A stretch of 64,000 bases of DNA. Source: Malacoraja senta. Lineage: Eukaryota. The stretch spans positions 124,001 through 188,000 of the forward strand of contig JAXLNO010000364.1 in NCBI GenBank assembly GCA_038087875.1. Direction: 5' to 3'. The notes beneath the pieces are model-generated. The model saw only the letters and a list, made by a program, of their open reading frames with translations, did not search any database and was not told where the DNA came from. Below are positions 1 to 16,700 of this stretch, one piece after another; position 1 is the stretch's first letter, and each line of letters starts with the position of its first letter. Made by a program: the position numbers and the translations under genes.

Positions 1-2043
1 TAATTAGTTAATTGAATAGCAAATAAAAGTAGGGCTCGCTCTTGGAGTGCCTTGACGTGAGTGCCTTGGTGAGCAAAGTGTGAGTCTTTGGCTCAAGAGC
101 GTCTTGGTGAGTAAGGTGTGAGACTTTGTCTCAAGAGTCTTCGGCGAGAAGGCTGATCGAAATGTGTGATTTGTGATATTTAGTCCAGTAAAGAAAAGGC
201 AGAGTGGTACAGTGTGTTTCCTGCAGGATGTGGGAAGTCAGGTACACCGCTGGTGCTTCTGGAAACTATACCTGCAGAAATTGTGTCCAGGTGCTGCTCC
301 TGAATGAACGTGTTGGGGAAATGAAGAAGCAGCTGGAGGACCTCACGACCATCCGGGAAAACGAGAATTTTCTGGACAAGACCTTCAGTGAGGCTGTCAC
401 ACCAAGGATACCGGAGTAGCGAAGGTGGATGACTGTGAGAAAGAGGCGTAAATGTGGAGTGCAAGAGAACACGGTGGCTGTACCTAATGAGACGCGACCG
501 GTGAGAACGACGTCAGGCAGAACCATAGTGGTGAGTGACTCCATTGTCCGAGGTGCGGACAGGACATTCATTTGCGGCTGGCGAGTCTCGAGGATAGTCT
601 GTTGCATCCCTGGTGCAAGATATCTCGGACCAACTTCAGAACATCCTTCGGAAGGTAGGTGAGGAGCCGGAAGTAGGTATGCATGTGGGCACAAACGACG
701 TCGGGGAGAAGAGGAAGTATGTTCTGCACCGTGAGTTTAGAGAGTTAGGAAGAAGATTGAAAAGCAGGACTTCTGGGGTGGTTATCTCTGGACTGTTTCC
801 AGTACCCCGTGCTGGTGAGTATCGGAATGGGAGATGGCGGATCTGAAAGTGGGCTGAGGGTCTGGTGCAGTGAGCAGCGATTTAGATTCATAGACCACTG
901 GGACCTATTCTGGGGCAGGGATGACCTCTACAAAAGTGACGGGTTACACCTTAACAGGGGCGGGACCAATATTCTGGCAGCCACGAGGGTTTAAAATAAT
1001 TTGCGGGAAGGAAGTGTTGACGAATTGGAAATATAAGGATGAAGTTAAACGTGAAGAGAGTACAGGAAATGTTGCGAGAGACAACCGAATTAAGGGGACG
1101 GAAAGTTCAAGAAGGGATTAGAGAGTAAGGTCAGGTGAAAGAGGGACCGGTTTGAGAGACGAGGTGAATACCGCATTAAAAGTGTTACCCCGAACTATAA
1201 GAAATAAGGTGGATGAGCTTTAGACAAAGTTAGAAATTGGTGAGTATGATGTTGTGGGAATTACAGACACATGGCTGCAAGCGGATCACAACTGGGAACT
1301 GAATATTCAGGGGTATATGTCCTATTGCAAAGAAAGCCAGATGGGCAGAGGGGATGCGGTGGCTATTTTGGTAAGGAATGAAATTCAGTCTCTTGCGACG
1401 GGAGACATAGAGTCAGACGTAGAGTCAATGTGTATGGAACTGAGAAATTGAACGGTAGAAAGACCCTAGTCCGTGTTATCTACAGGCTCCCAAACAGTAG
1501 CCTGGGAGATAGGGTGCAAGTTGCATCAGGAGTTAAAATTAACATGTAACAAAGTTAATGCTACGGTGTTTACGGGAGACTTCAACATGCAGGTGGACTA
1601 GGAAAATTACATAGGTACTGGACCCCAAGAAATGGACTTTGTAGTGTGTTTCCGAGATGGATTCTTAGAGCAGCTTGTACTGGAGCCTACTAGGTAGCAG
1701 AAAATCTGGATTTTAATGTTATGTAATGAACCGAATATTATAAGTGACCTCAAGGTAAAGGAACCATTAGGAGGTAGTGGCCATAATATGATAAGTTTTA
1801 ATATGCAATATGAGATAGCGAAGGTAATATCGGAAGTGGCAGTATTCCAGTTGAACAAAGAGGACTATTGAGGCATGAGGGAGGACTTGCCATAGTTCAC
1901 TGGAAAGGGACCCAAGAAGGGATGACCGTGGAACAGCAATGGCAGGTATATCTGAGAATAATCCAGAAGATGCAGGTTAATTTCTTTCCAAACAGGAAGA
2001 AAGATTCTAAAGGGAGTAAGAGGCGACCGTGGCTGACAAGCGA

Positions 2044-2185
2044 AATCATGGGGTGGGAGATTGCAACCTTCACGTGTCAACCGTGTTTCGACTAATGCAA
2101 TCAACCCGACGTGCACAAACAAGATCAAATAGAACAAGTTGGCCTACAACTTTAGGCTGTGCACACCATACGCAAGAAGAAGAAG
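2044..2185 (+). mobile_element. Short 3' end of an unidentified retroelement with (AAG)n tail, nested in CR1 ORF2
   Basis: Interrupts CR1 ORF2 after PWLTSE and ends ccatacgcaagaagaagaag. Flanked by aagcgaa/aagggaa (imperfect TSD). Present in every unit, partly deleted in unit 3. Confidence 0.55.
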
Positions 2186-2229
2186 GGAAGTCAAGGACAG
2201 TATAAACATAAAAGAGAAGACGTATAACT

Positions 2230-2520
2230 CAATTCTGATTTGAGAATTAATTGACAATATTTTAGGGGCAACAATAGAGGGGGGACCTCTTTACTCAGAG
2301 AGTCGTAGCTGTGTGGAATGCTTCCAGTGGAAGTGGTGAAGGCAGGTTCGTTTTTATCATTTAAAAATAAATTGGATAGGTATAAGGACGGAAAGGAATG
2401 GAAGGTTTTGTTCTGAGTGCAGGTAGATGGACTCGGTGAGAGTAAGTGTTCGGCACGGACTAGAAGGGCCGAGATGGCCTGTTTCCGTGCTGTAATTGTT
2501 ATATTGTTATATGGTTATAA
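2230..2520 (+). mobile_element. 3' fragment of a second CR1-type LINE with (TATATGGT)n-like tail, nested in CR1
   Basis: FTQRVVxVWNxLP-like 3' ORF2 end and 3' UTR, then ttatattgttatatggttat; tataac on both sides; present in all units. Confidence 0.6.
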
Positions 2521-4199
2521 CATAGCAAATATGAGCGGGCTGACAGAGGATTGGGAAACTTTTTAAAGAACAACAGAAAGTAACTGAAAAGCTTCCTTCG
2601 GTAGATGAATGAACAAAAACAAAGTGAATGTGAATCCCTTGAAGACAGAAAACAGGTGGATTTATTATGGGAACAAGAAAAGGGAAACGAGTTGAACAGG
2701 TGCTTTGGTTCTGTGTTCACTTACGGAAGTCAGAAACAATCTCCCAGGATGTAGTAGGGGACAGAGGACCTGGGTGATGGAGGAACTGAAGGAAATTCAC
2801 GTCAGTCAGGAAATAGTGTCGGGTTCACTGAAGGACGGAAGGCTCATACATTCCCAGGGTCTGATGGTCTGCATTCCCGTCTACTCAAGGAGGTGGCTCT
2901 AGAAATCGTGGACGCCTTGGTGATAATGTTTCAATCTTCTATAGATTATGAATCAGTTCCTGTGAAATGGAGGGTAGCTAATGTTATCACACTTTTCAAG
3001 AAAGTAGGGAGAGAGAACGCAGGGCATTATAGACCAATTTGCCTGACATCAGTGGGTGGGAAGATGCTGGAGCCGTTTATTGGAGATGTAACAGTGGCGC
3101 ATTTGGGTAGCAGTACCAGGATCGGTCCAAGTCAGCATGGATTTACGAAGGGCAAATCATACTTGACACCGCAGATATTTACAATGTATATTAATGATTT
3201 AGTAGAAGGGATTACAAGTACATTTGCAAATTTGCAGATGACACAAATCTGGGTGACAGTGTGAACTGTGAGGAGGATGCTATGAGAATGCAGAGTGACT
3301 TGGACAGGTTGAGTGAATGGGCAGATGCACGGCAGATGCAGTTTAATGTGGATAAATGTGAGGTTATCCACTTTGGTAGCAAAAATGAGAAGGCAGATCA
3401 TTATCTAAATGATGTCAGGTTGGGAAAGGGGGAAGTTCAACGGGATATCGGGGTCCTTGTTCATCAGTCAATGAATGTAAGCATGCCATGCAGGTACAGC
3501 AGGCAGTGAAGAAAGCGGAAGTTTGGCCTTGATAACAAGAGAATTGAGTAGAGGAGCAGAGAAGTCCTTCTACAGTTGTACAGGGCCCTGGTGAAACCAC
3601 ACCTGTTGTATTTGTGTGCAGTTTTGGTATCCTCATTTGAGGAAGGATATTCTTGCTTTTGAGGGAGTGCAGCGTAGGTTCACGACGTTAATACCCGGGA
3701 TGGCGGGACTGTCATCTGATGAAAGAATGGAACGACTGGGCTTGTATTCACTGGAATTTAGAAGGATGAGAGGGGATCATAGAAACATACAACATATTTA
3801 AGAGATTGGACACGCTAGATGCAGCAAACATGTTTCCGATGTCAGGGGACTTCAAAACCAGGGCCACAGTTTAAGAATAAGGGGTAGTCTATTTAGGACT
3901 CAGATGAGTAAAAGTCATTTTCACACAGTGTGTTGTGAATTTTTGGAATTCTCTGCTTCTGAAGGCAGTGGAGGCCGATTCACTGGATGCATTCAACAGA
4001 GAGTTAGATAGAGCTCTTAGGGTTAGCGGAATCAAGGGGTATCCGGAGAAGGCAGGAACAGGGTAATGATTGTGGATGATCAGCCATGATTACATTGAAA
4101 TGGTGGAGCAGGCTCAAAGGGTCGGAAAGCCTACTCCGGCACATATTGTCTATGTATCTATGTATCTATGTATATAATTCTACCCATGCGTCAAATGTG

Positions 4200-4832
4200 C
4201 CATTCCAGTTTCGAGGAGACTAATACATAAAAGCAATGGTGTAATGCTGAGGCCTCATGAGACGCTGGTGAGGCCACGTTTTGGAATATTGTAAGCGGTT
4301 ATGGGCCTCATGTCTAAGGATGGGTGCGCAAGCGTGGAGTGGGCACGGGGACGTTCAGTGAAATGGTCCGGTTATGATTGAGTAAACGTGTGAGGATAGT
4401 TGATGTTACTAGGCCTGTACTCGCTGGAGTTTAGTACAATGAAGGGAGACTTCATTGAAACACACAGAATAGTGAATGGCTTGGATAGAGTGGGTGGTGG
4501 TGGGATGTTTCTACTAGTAGAGAGCCTAGCACGGGAGGGCATAGCCTCAGAATTCGACGTTCTTTTAGGAAGGAGATGAGGTTCCTTTAGTCAGAGGATG
4601 GTGAATCTGTGGAATTCTTTGCTGCAGAACGCAATGTAGGCCAAGTCAGTGGATATTGTTAAGGCAGAAATGGATAGATTCTTGATTATTACAGGTATCA
4701 CAGATTATGGTGAGAAGGCAGAAGAATGGGGTTACGATGGAGAAACATTTCAACTATGATTAATTGGCGGAGTAAACTTGATGGGCTGAAGTACATAATT
4801 CTACTCGTAATCCTTATGACCTTATGACTTTC
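4200..4832 (+). mobile_element. Decayed CR1-type 3' fragment
   Basis: LVRPxLEYC and QRMVNLWNSL remnants with a ccttatga repeat tail; paralogs at ~18230, ~40330 and ~53165. Confidence 0.65.
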
Positions 4833-6753
4833 ATTAAGGTGTGTCTCGAGATGGGGACTGTTCTAGGGGCAGGGGTTGATCAGTGGGTGCAGAAACCTAG
4901 TTCACGAAAGTCCTCGGGGTCCTGTGGGTGTGGAGTGTCACAATCCTAAATGGCCTCATTATTCAGTCTGATCCTGTGAGTGGGAGATCTCATGGACAGA
5001 ACATTTCAGCACAGGAATAGGCCCGTCGGCCCACAATGGCCGTGTCAAACACAATGTCAAATTAAACGAATCTCTGCTTGCGCGCGATCCATATACTGTA
5101 CTCCCATTCCCTGCAATCCCCATCTAAAAGCCTCTCATAGACCACTATCGTATCTGCCTCCACCACCAACCCCGGCAGTGCGTTTCAGGACACCACCACC
5201 CACTGTGTAAAAAAAACTTGCCCCTTACATCGTTACACTTTGCCCCCCTCATGTTAAATCTATCCTCTCTAATAATTGAACTGTCTATCGTGGGGTGGGT
5301 CCGGAGTGGGGAGGGTAGATAATGAATGTCAGCCCGATCTGTGCCTCTCATAGTGTCATTTTGATTGGTTGTAAGATACAGAATGGAAACCGGCCCTTCC
5401 GCCAACCCCACGCCGACCATTTGTCATGCGTTCATACGCCAGTTCTACGTTATACCCACTTTCCGTGCGCTCCCTACACACTAGCGACAATTTATGGAGG
5501 CCAAATAACCTACAATCCCAAAGCACCCTGAAATATAGGATCATCTTGAGGCCATTCCGCACATCAAGTTCGCTCCGCCATCCGCCACTCCAAAGACGTA
5601 GAGATTTCTAGGTTAATTTGCTTGGTGTAATTGAAAATTGTCCCTAGTGGGTGTATGATAGCGGTAGTGGGCGGGGATCGCTGATTGAACCTTCTGAAAC
5701 TTCTGAATTATGTAGTCGGCAGGGTAGTACTCTGCATATCGCCAACTTCGACCATTTTACATTTTTATCAAGCCAATTAACCTACAAACCTGTACATCTT
5801 TGATGTGTGGGAGGAAACCGAAGATCTTGGAGAAAACCACGCAGATCACGGGGAGAACGTACAAACTCCAGGTCTCTGGCGTTGCATTTTGCTGCACCGC
5901 TGTGCCACCGTGACTGCAAAGACGTACGAGTTTGCAGGTAAATCGGCTTGGTATAAATGTGAATTATTCTGTGAGTAGGATAGTGTTAGCGTGCGGGGGA
6001 TCGCTGGTAGATGCGGACTCGCTGGGCTGAAGGGCCTGTTTCCGCGCTGCATCTCTAAACTGAACCAAAGTAAAAGTAAAATAGAGCATCATAATCAGTT
6101 TCGATGGTCCGCTTTAACAATTATCTGTCGCTCTCGCATGGAATACGTTTCTCTCGCTGAAGAAAGGTGCTGCAGGAGAGACAGAGGTGTTGGGGCGGTG
6201 GGGGAGGTGGGGGGGGGGGGTAGGAGGAGTGTTGCTTTCTGGATTGGTACAGAGTGTCACAGCAGTAGTCCGAAATGACATTGCGGATGTTTCCTCCAGT
6301 CAGGCTAGATTTCTGAATTTGAGAATTAAAATCAATATACCAGTAAGATAGACACACAATGCTGGCGTAACTCAGATGGCCAGGCAGTATCTCTGGAGTA
6401 AAGGAATGTTTGAAGTTATGGGTCGAGACCCTTCTTAATAAGCACCAGTAATCAGAATCGAACCTGGAGCTGTAAAGCTGTCCCGCTGCGCCGCCGAGGT
6501 CGTTTCCTCTTTTCTTATTGACTGAATTTACCATCCAAACTTCAGGAAATCTGCCTTCCGCGACCTTCATGTTCTGTGGAACACGCCGGAACTGAAATCC
6601 CTTCACCACGTCTTTAACCGACTCCTACAGTTAGGATGGGGACTTACCTAAGGACAGCTGCCCATAAATTACTCTCCCCACTTTCTGCCTAACGCAATTT
6701 TTTATAATTTTCCATTCATCCACTCTAACAAAATAATCGGACCTTAAAATAAT

Positions 6754-6759
6754 TTTATT
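6754..6759 (-). terminator. Putative polyadenylation signal AATAAA of tubulin copy 1
   Basis: AATAAA on the - strand about 70 nt after the stop in an AT-rich 3' UTR. Conserved in copy 2 (20342-20337) and at the equivalent positions of copies 3 and 4. Confidence 0.55.
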
Positions 6760-6829
6760 AGCAATAGTATAATATCTATCAATATAATCTATATTAAATT
6801 GAACTTTTAACTATAAAAATTAATTCTTA

Positions 6830-9804
<2,975 letters not shown>

Positions 9805-9855
9805 GTTGCTCCGCTCGCGTGGTTCTCGAGACTGTGACGCGCCGCGCCGCTCCGG

Positions 9856-9946
9856 TATTTATACGGCCCCGGGATAGAACGGTGGCATTCGGTAAACGCG
9901 CGCCGATTGGTCAATGAGAACAATGACCTTGGTTGCCACAGGAAAC
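9856..9946 (-). promoter_or_regulatory. Copy 1 core promoter: TATA box, CCAAT box, RFX X-box-like motif
   Basis: TATAAATA at 9863-9856 (about 55 nt upstream of ATG), CCAAT at 9910-9906, GTTGCCACAGGAAAC at 9932-9946; CpG-rich context. Confidence 0.65.
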
Positions 9947-10769
9947 AAACATAGAAGGTTCCAAGGCGCTCATTGCTGAATAATCCACAGTGTGAGACGT
10001 AGAACAATGGACCTTCAGTGACGCAATCCATTGTCTGCCTTCACCTCCCAGATTCCAATCTATCAATTACAGCTGGAAGTTAAAGTATCTGACCACATAC
10101 CTCCAAATGATACATAGCGCCAACTATTTGACTTCCTACGCCATGCAATCAATTTAGCCACTTTACCAGTGGAAAAACTGCTGTAGATCACAGCGAATGT
10201 GATGTTAATCACACGCATACAAGAGATAACCATCAATTTTTCTCCATTAATCACTTCATAATCCGGGATCTCCGGTCTATCATCGCAATGCCTAAGATCA
10301 ATTTTTATTGATTTATTACCATCACGTGTGCTGCGAAAAAAATGTCAGGCGTACTATATAGGCAGATCACATCACTCCTCAGTACATCTGATAGTGCAAC
10401 ACGAAAAAAATAAGCAACGTGCAGAGTACAGTGCTACATCTAGAGAATAAAAATAACATTTTTGTTTTCAAGCATGAGGACCACAGGAAGGTAGCACATG
10501 AGAGGTCTGCGGGGATAAGCTGTTCCTCAATCAGATGGTACGTTCTTTCATGCTTTGGTCAACCAGAAGTGGAGAGAAGAGTGAATGACCGGGGCTTAAG
10601 GTATGGAGGGGGTGGGGTGTGGGAGTGGCCCTTGATTGTGACGATGTCATGCACTTAGATTCCAAATGATCAATCACTGATTAATAAAGTGCCATTGTAC
10701 ATCTTGATTGATTGAAAGATGAACTCTACAAATATGATGACGTGCAGTCCACCAGAACCCCAACAATCT

Positions 10770-12085
10770 TCGAGCCTGAACCGCCATTCGGTATGATCAT
10801 GGCTGATCATCCAACTCAGTATCCCATCCCTGCCTTCTCTCCAGATCCCCTGATCCCTTTAGCCACAAGGGCCACATGTAACCCCCTCTTAAATATAGCC
10901 AATGAACTGGCCTCAACTACCTTCTGTGGCAGAGAATTCCACAGATTCACCACTCTCTGTGTAAAAAATGATTTTCTCATCTCGGTCCAAAAAGACTTCC
11001 CTCTTATCCTTAAACTGTGACCCCTAGTTCTGGACTTTCCCAACATCGGGCATAATCTTCCTGCATCTAGCCTGTCCAACCCCTTAAGAATTTTGTACGT
11101 TTCTATAAGATCCCCCCTCAATCTTCCAAATTCTAGCGTGTACAAGCCGAGTCTATCCAGTCTTTCTTCATATGAAAGTCCTGCCATCCCAAGAATCAGT
11201 CTGGTGAACCTTCTCTGTACTCCCTCTATGGCAAGAATGTATTTCCTCAGATTAGGAGACCAAAACTGTACGCAATGCTCCAGGTGTGGTCTCACCAAGA
11301 CCCTGTAGAACTGCAGTAGAACCTCCCTGCTCTTATACTCAAATCCTTTTGCTATGAATGCTAACATACCATTTGCTTTCTTCACTGCCTGCTGCACCTG
11401 CATGCTTACTTTCAATGACTGGTGTACCATGACACACAGGTCTCGTTGCATCTCCCCTTTTCCTAATCGGCCACCATTCAGATAATAGTCTACTTTCCTG
11501 TTTTTGCCACCAATGTGGATAACCTCACATTTATCCACATTATACTGCATCTGCCATGCATTTGCCCACTCACCCAACCTATCCAAGTCACCTTGCAGCC
11601 TCCTAGCATCCTCCTCACAGCTAACACTGCCCTCCGCAAACTTGGAGATGTTGCATTCAATTCCCTCATCCAGATCATTAATATATATTGTAAATAGCTG
11701 GGGTCCAGCACTGAGCCTTGCGGTACCCCACTAGTCACTGCCTGCCATTCTGAAAACGACCCGTTTACTCCTACTCTTTGCTTCCTGTCTGCCAGCCAGT
11801 ACTCTATCCACATCAATACTGAACCCCCAATACCGTGTACTTTAAGGTTGCATACTAATCTCTTATGTGGGACCTTGTCGAAAGCCTTCTGAAAGTCCAT
11901 ATATAACACATCCACACGTATTCCCTTATCTACTCTACTAGTTACATCCTCGAAAATTCTATAAGATTCGTCAGACATGATTTACCTTTCATAAATCCAT
12001 GCTGACTTTGTACAATGAATTCACCGCTTTCCAAATGTGCAGCTATCCCATCTATAATGACTGACTCCAGAATTTTCCACACTGG
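10770..12085 (-). mobile_element. 5'-truncated CR1 LINE RT fragment specific to unit 1
   Basis: ORFs 11490-11978 and 10816-11586 encode the RT C-terminal half (DFQKAFDKVPH, GVPQGSVL). Very similar to the element at 33343-37006 and absent at this site in units 2-4. Confidence 0.9.
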
Positions 12086-12089
12086 TGTA

Positions 12090-13480
12090 GAAACAGGCCC
12101 TTCGGCTCAACTTCCCACGCCGGCCAACATGCCTCACCTGCCTGCACTTGGACTATATCCATCCAAACGTTTCCCATCAATGTACCTGTTTAACTGTTCT
12201 TTATACGTTTGGATAGACCCAGCCTCAACTACCCCCTTCTGGCAGCTTTTTGCATGCAACCACCAACCTTTGTTTGCAAAGGTTTCCGCTCAAATTCCTA
12301 TTAATTTTTTACCCATTCACCTTGAATCTATTGGTCCTCGATGCCCCTATTCTGGGCAAGAGATTCTGTGCATCTACCCGACCTGTTTCTCTCATGATTT
12401 GTAACACCTCTATACGATCACCCTTCACCCTCCTGCGCTCCAAGGAATTGCGACCCAGCCTACTCAACCTCTCCCATCAGCTCATACCCCCTAGTCCTGG
12501 CAGCATCCGCGTAAACCTTCACTGATTGGCTGCCAGAGACTAGGGGTCGGTGCTGTGGCCGCTGCTCGTCACGTTGTATATCAATGATTTGGATGAGGGA
12601 ATTGAAGGCTTGGTGGGAAGTTTGGTGATGCTGCGAAGGTAGGTGGAGCGGCAGAGAGTGTGGATTAAGCAGCGACTCTGCCGAAGGATTTGGGCATGTT
12701 TGGAAAGTAGGCAAAGAAATGGCAGATGGAATACAGCGCAGCAAAATGCGGAGACCGGCATTTTGATAGTTCGAATCAATCGAAGACTATTTTCTAAATG
12801 TGGAGATAATTCAGAAATCTGAGGTGCAAAGAGACTCTGGGATGCTGATACAGGATTCCCAAACATGTAATTTGCAAGTCGAATTGATAGTAAGGCAGGA
12901 AAATGCAATACAATCATTTATTTGGGGAGGTCAAGTATATTAAAAAAAAAAACGGATGTAATATTGAGGCTTGAAAAGACACTGGTGAGTGCATTTGGGG
13001 TATTGTGACCTATTTGGGACGCCATACAAACAAATGGGTTGCAGAGGCTATCGCGTGAAGGCATGGGAATGGGGCTGATAGGGGAAGAATGATCACCCAC
13101 GATTAAATGGCGGAGTAAGCTAGAGTCATAGAGTGATACCGTGTGGAAACAGGCCCTTCGGGCAAACTTGCACTCACCGGCCAACATTTCCCAGTTACCC
13201 TAGTCCCACCTGCGTCTGCTTGGCCCATATCCCTCCAAACCTGTCCTATCCATGTAGCTTTCTAACTATTTCTTGAAAGTTGGGATAGTACCAGCATCAA
13301 CTAGCTCCTCTGGCAGCTTTGGGCAAGAGATTCTGCGCATCTATCCGATTTATTCCTCTCGTGATTTTATGCACCTCTAGAAGATCACCCCTCATCCTCC
13401 TGCGCTCCAAGGAATAGAGACCCAGCCTACTCAACCTCTCGCGATAGCTCAGACCATCCAGTCCTGGCAACAGTCTCGTC
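12090..13480. mobile_element. Cluster of old CR1-type fragments in both orientations
   Basis: LSYRERLSRLGLYSLE..RRMRGDL remnants on - and PLLxTLYINDLDEG-like remnants on +. Repeated at ~25355-26850, ~47400-48890 and ~59265-60900. Confidence 0.65.
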
Positions 13481-13599
13481 AATCCAATAGCACAATTCAT
13501 TTAGACTTTCGACTTTTGACTTTAAACTTGAGAGATACTTCGCTGAAACAGGCCCTTCGTCGATCAGCGATCACCACGTGCACTGGCACACTCCTAGAC

Positions 13600-13765
13600 A
13601 CTTGGGACAATTTGCAACTTTACCGAAATCAAACCTGTACGTCTTTGGAGTGTGGGAGAAACCCGGACCACCGAAGAAAACCCACAGGGAGAACATACAA
13701 ACTCCGTACAAACAGCATCCGGAGTCCCGATCGAACCCGGTTCTCTGGCGCTGTGAGGCAACAAC
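13600..13765 (-). mobile_element. Second V-SINE / HE1-like SINE copy
   Basis: Same V-domain-like core and B-box (ggttcgatc); paralogs at ~26975-27125, ~49010-49170 and ~61020-61180. Confidence 0.6.
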
Positions 13766-13770
13766 CTTCA

Positions 13771-16700
13771 GGGTCGGCAGGTGAAGGGGCGAGTGCTGCA
13801 GAATTTAAAGCCTTGGTGAGTTTTCAAGAGCGGGTCATTTAAAAACCGGTAACTGAATCTGTAAATTAGCTAATTAGTTAAATGAATAGCAAATAAAAGC
13901 AGGGCTCGCTCTTGGTGGAGCGGCCGGTTGGCGTGAAGTGCCTTGGTGAGCAAAGTGTGAGTCTTTGGCTCAAGAGCGTCTTGGTGAGTAAGGTGTGAGT
14001 CTTTGGCTCAAGAGTCTTCGGCGAGAAGGCTGAAGCAAGGAGTCTACATTGATCGAAATGTTTGATTTGTGATTTTTAGTCCAGTAAAGAAATGGCAGAG
14101 TGGTAGAGTGTGTTTCCTGCAGGATGTGGGAAGTTAGGTACACCGCTGGTGCTTCTGGAAACTATACCTGCAGAAATTGTGTCCAGGTGCTGCTCCTGAA
14201 TGAACGTGTTGGGGAAATGAAGAAGCAGCTGAAGGACCTCACGGCCATCCGGGAAAACGAGAGTTTTCTGGACAAGACCTTCAGTGAGGCTGTCACACAA
14301 AGGATATCGGAGTAGCGAAGGTGGATGACTCTGAGAAAGAAGCGTAAATGTGGAGTGCAAGAGAACACGGTGGCTGTACCTAATGAGACGCGACCGATGA
14401 GACCGCCGTCGGTCAGAGCCATAGTTGTGAGCGACTCCATTGTCCGAGGTGCGGACAGGACGTTCATTTGCGGCTGGCGAGACTCGAGGATGGTCTGTTG
14501 CATCCCTGGTGCATGATATCTCGGACCGACTTCAGAACATCCTTGAGAGGGAAGGTGAGGAGCCGGAAGTAGTTATGCATGTGGGCACAATCGACGTCGG
14601 GGAGAAGAGAAAGGATGTTCTGCATCGTGAGTTTATAGAGTTAGTAAGAAGATAGAAAAGCATGACTTCTGTGGTGGTTATCTCTGGATTGCTTCCAGTA
14701 CATCGTGCTGGTGAGTACCGGAATAGGAAGATAGCGGATCTGAATGCGGGCTGAGGGGCTGGTGCAGCGAGCAGGGATTTAGATTCATTGACCACTGGGA
14801 CCTATTCTGGGGCAGGGATTACCTCTACAAAAGGGACGGGTTACACCTTAACTGGGGCGGGACCGACATTCTGGCAGCCTGGTTTGCTGGTGCTACACCG
14901 GAGGGTTTAAAATAATTTGCAGGGAGGAAATGTTGACAAATTGGAAATATAAGGATGAAGTTAAAGGTGAAGAGATTACAGGAAATGTCGCGAAAGACAA
15001 CCGGATTAATGGGACGGAAATTTCAAGAAGGGATAGGAGAGTAAGGTCAGGTGAAAGAGGAACCGGTTTGAGAGAGGAGGTGAATACCGAATTAAAAGTG
15101 TTACCGCGAACTATATGAAATAAAGTGGATGAGCTTGAGGCAAAGTTAGAAATTGGTGAGTATGATGTTGTGGGAATTACAGACACTTGGCTGCAAGCGG
15201 ATCAGAACTGGTAACTGAATATTCAGGGGTATACGTCCTATTGAAAAGAAAGCCAGATGGGCAGAGGGGATGCTGTGGCCCTCGTTGGTAAGGAATGAAA
15301 TTCAGTCACTTGCGAGTGGAGACATAGAGTCAGAAAACGTAGAGTAATTGTGGATGGAACTGAGAAATTGAACGGTAGAAAGACCTAGTCCGTGTTATCT
15401 ATAGGCCCCCAAACAGTAGCCTGGAGATTGGGCGCAAGTTACATCAGGAGCTAAAATTAACATATAACAAAGTTAATGCTACGGTGTTCATGGGAGATTT
15501 CATCATGCAGGTGGACTCGGAAAATCACATAGGTACTGGACCCCAAGAAAGGGACTTTGTAGTGTGTTTCCGAGATGGATTCTAAGAGCAGCTTGTACTG
15601 GAGCCTACTAGGTAGCAGGAAAAACTGGATGTAATGTTATGTAATGAACCGGATTTGATAAGTGACCTCAAGGTAAAGGAACCATTAGGAGGTAGTGGCC
15701 ATAATATGATACGTTTTAAATTGCAATTTGAGATATCGGAATTTGTAATATCGGAAGTGTCAGTATTCCAGTTGCACAAAGAGGACTATTGAGGGAGGAT
15801 CTTGCCATAGTTCACTGGAAAGGGACCCAAGAAGGGATGACGCTGGACGCTATATCTGAGAATAATCCAGAAGATGCAGGATCATTTCATTCCAAAGAGG
15901 AAGAAAGATTCTAATGGGAGTAAGAGGCGACCGTGGCTGACAAGCGAAATCATGTGGTGGGAGATTGCTACCTTCGCGTGGTCCACCGTATTTCGATTAA
16001 TGCAATCAACCCGACGTGCACAAACAAGATCAAATAGAACAAGTTGGCCTACAACTTTAGGCTGTGCACGCCATACGCAAGAAGAAGAAGAGAAGTCAAG
16101 GACAGTATATACATAATAGAGAAGACGTATAACTCAATTCTTATTTGAGAATCAAGGGACAAACGTTTAGGGGCAACATGAGGGGGAATTAATTTCTTTA
16201 CTCAAAGAGTGGTAGCTGTGTGGAATGAGCTTCCAGTGGAAGTGGTGAAGGCAGGTTCGTTTTTATCATTTAAAAATAAATTGGATAGGTATATGGACGG
16301 GAAAGGAATGGAGAGTTAAGGTCTGAGTGCAGATAGATGGGACTACGTATGAGTAAGTGTTCGGCACGGACTAGAAGGGCCGAGATGGCCTGTTTCCATG
16401 CTGTAGTTGTTATATGGTTATAACATTGCAAATATGAGCGGGAAGCCAGAGGATTGGGAAACCTTTTAAAGAGCAACAGAAACTAACTGAAAAGCTTCCT
16501 TCCGTAGATGAAGAAGAAAAAAAAGTTAAGACAAATGTGGATCCCTTGAAGACAGAAACAGGTGGATTTATTATGGGGAACAAGGAAAATGGAAACGAGT
16601 TGAACAGGTACTTTGGTTCTGTCTTCACTTTGGAAGTCAGAAACAATTTCCCATATGTACTAGGAGACAGAGGACCTGGGTTATGGAGGAACTGAAGAAA

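Larger units (their letters stand above)
1..4175 (+). mobile_element. Decayed near-full-length CR1-clade (HER1-like) LINE, unit 1
   Basis: Fragmented ORF1 (CVSC..CRNC zinc finger, SGNH esterase HVGTND/DGLHL), APE endonuclease and RT fragments (SQHGFTKGKS), many stops and frameshifts, (CTATGTAT)n tail at ~4150-4174. Confidence 0.88.

Noticed and set aside
40..150. Short direct repeats (cttggtgag...gtgtgagtctttggctcaagag) as CRISPR-like
   Set aside because: Eukaryotic context, only 2-3 degenerate units without unique spacers; part of the CR1 5' UTR.
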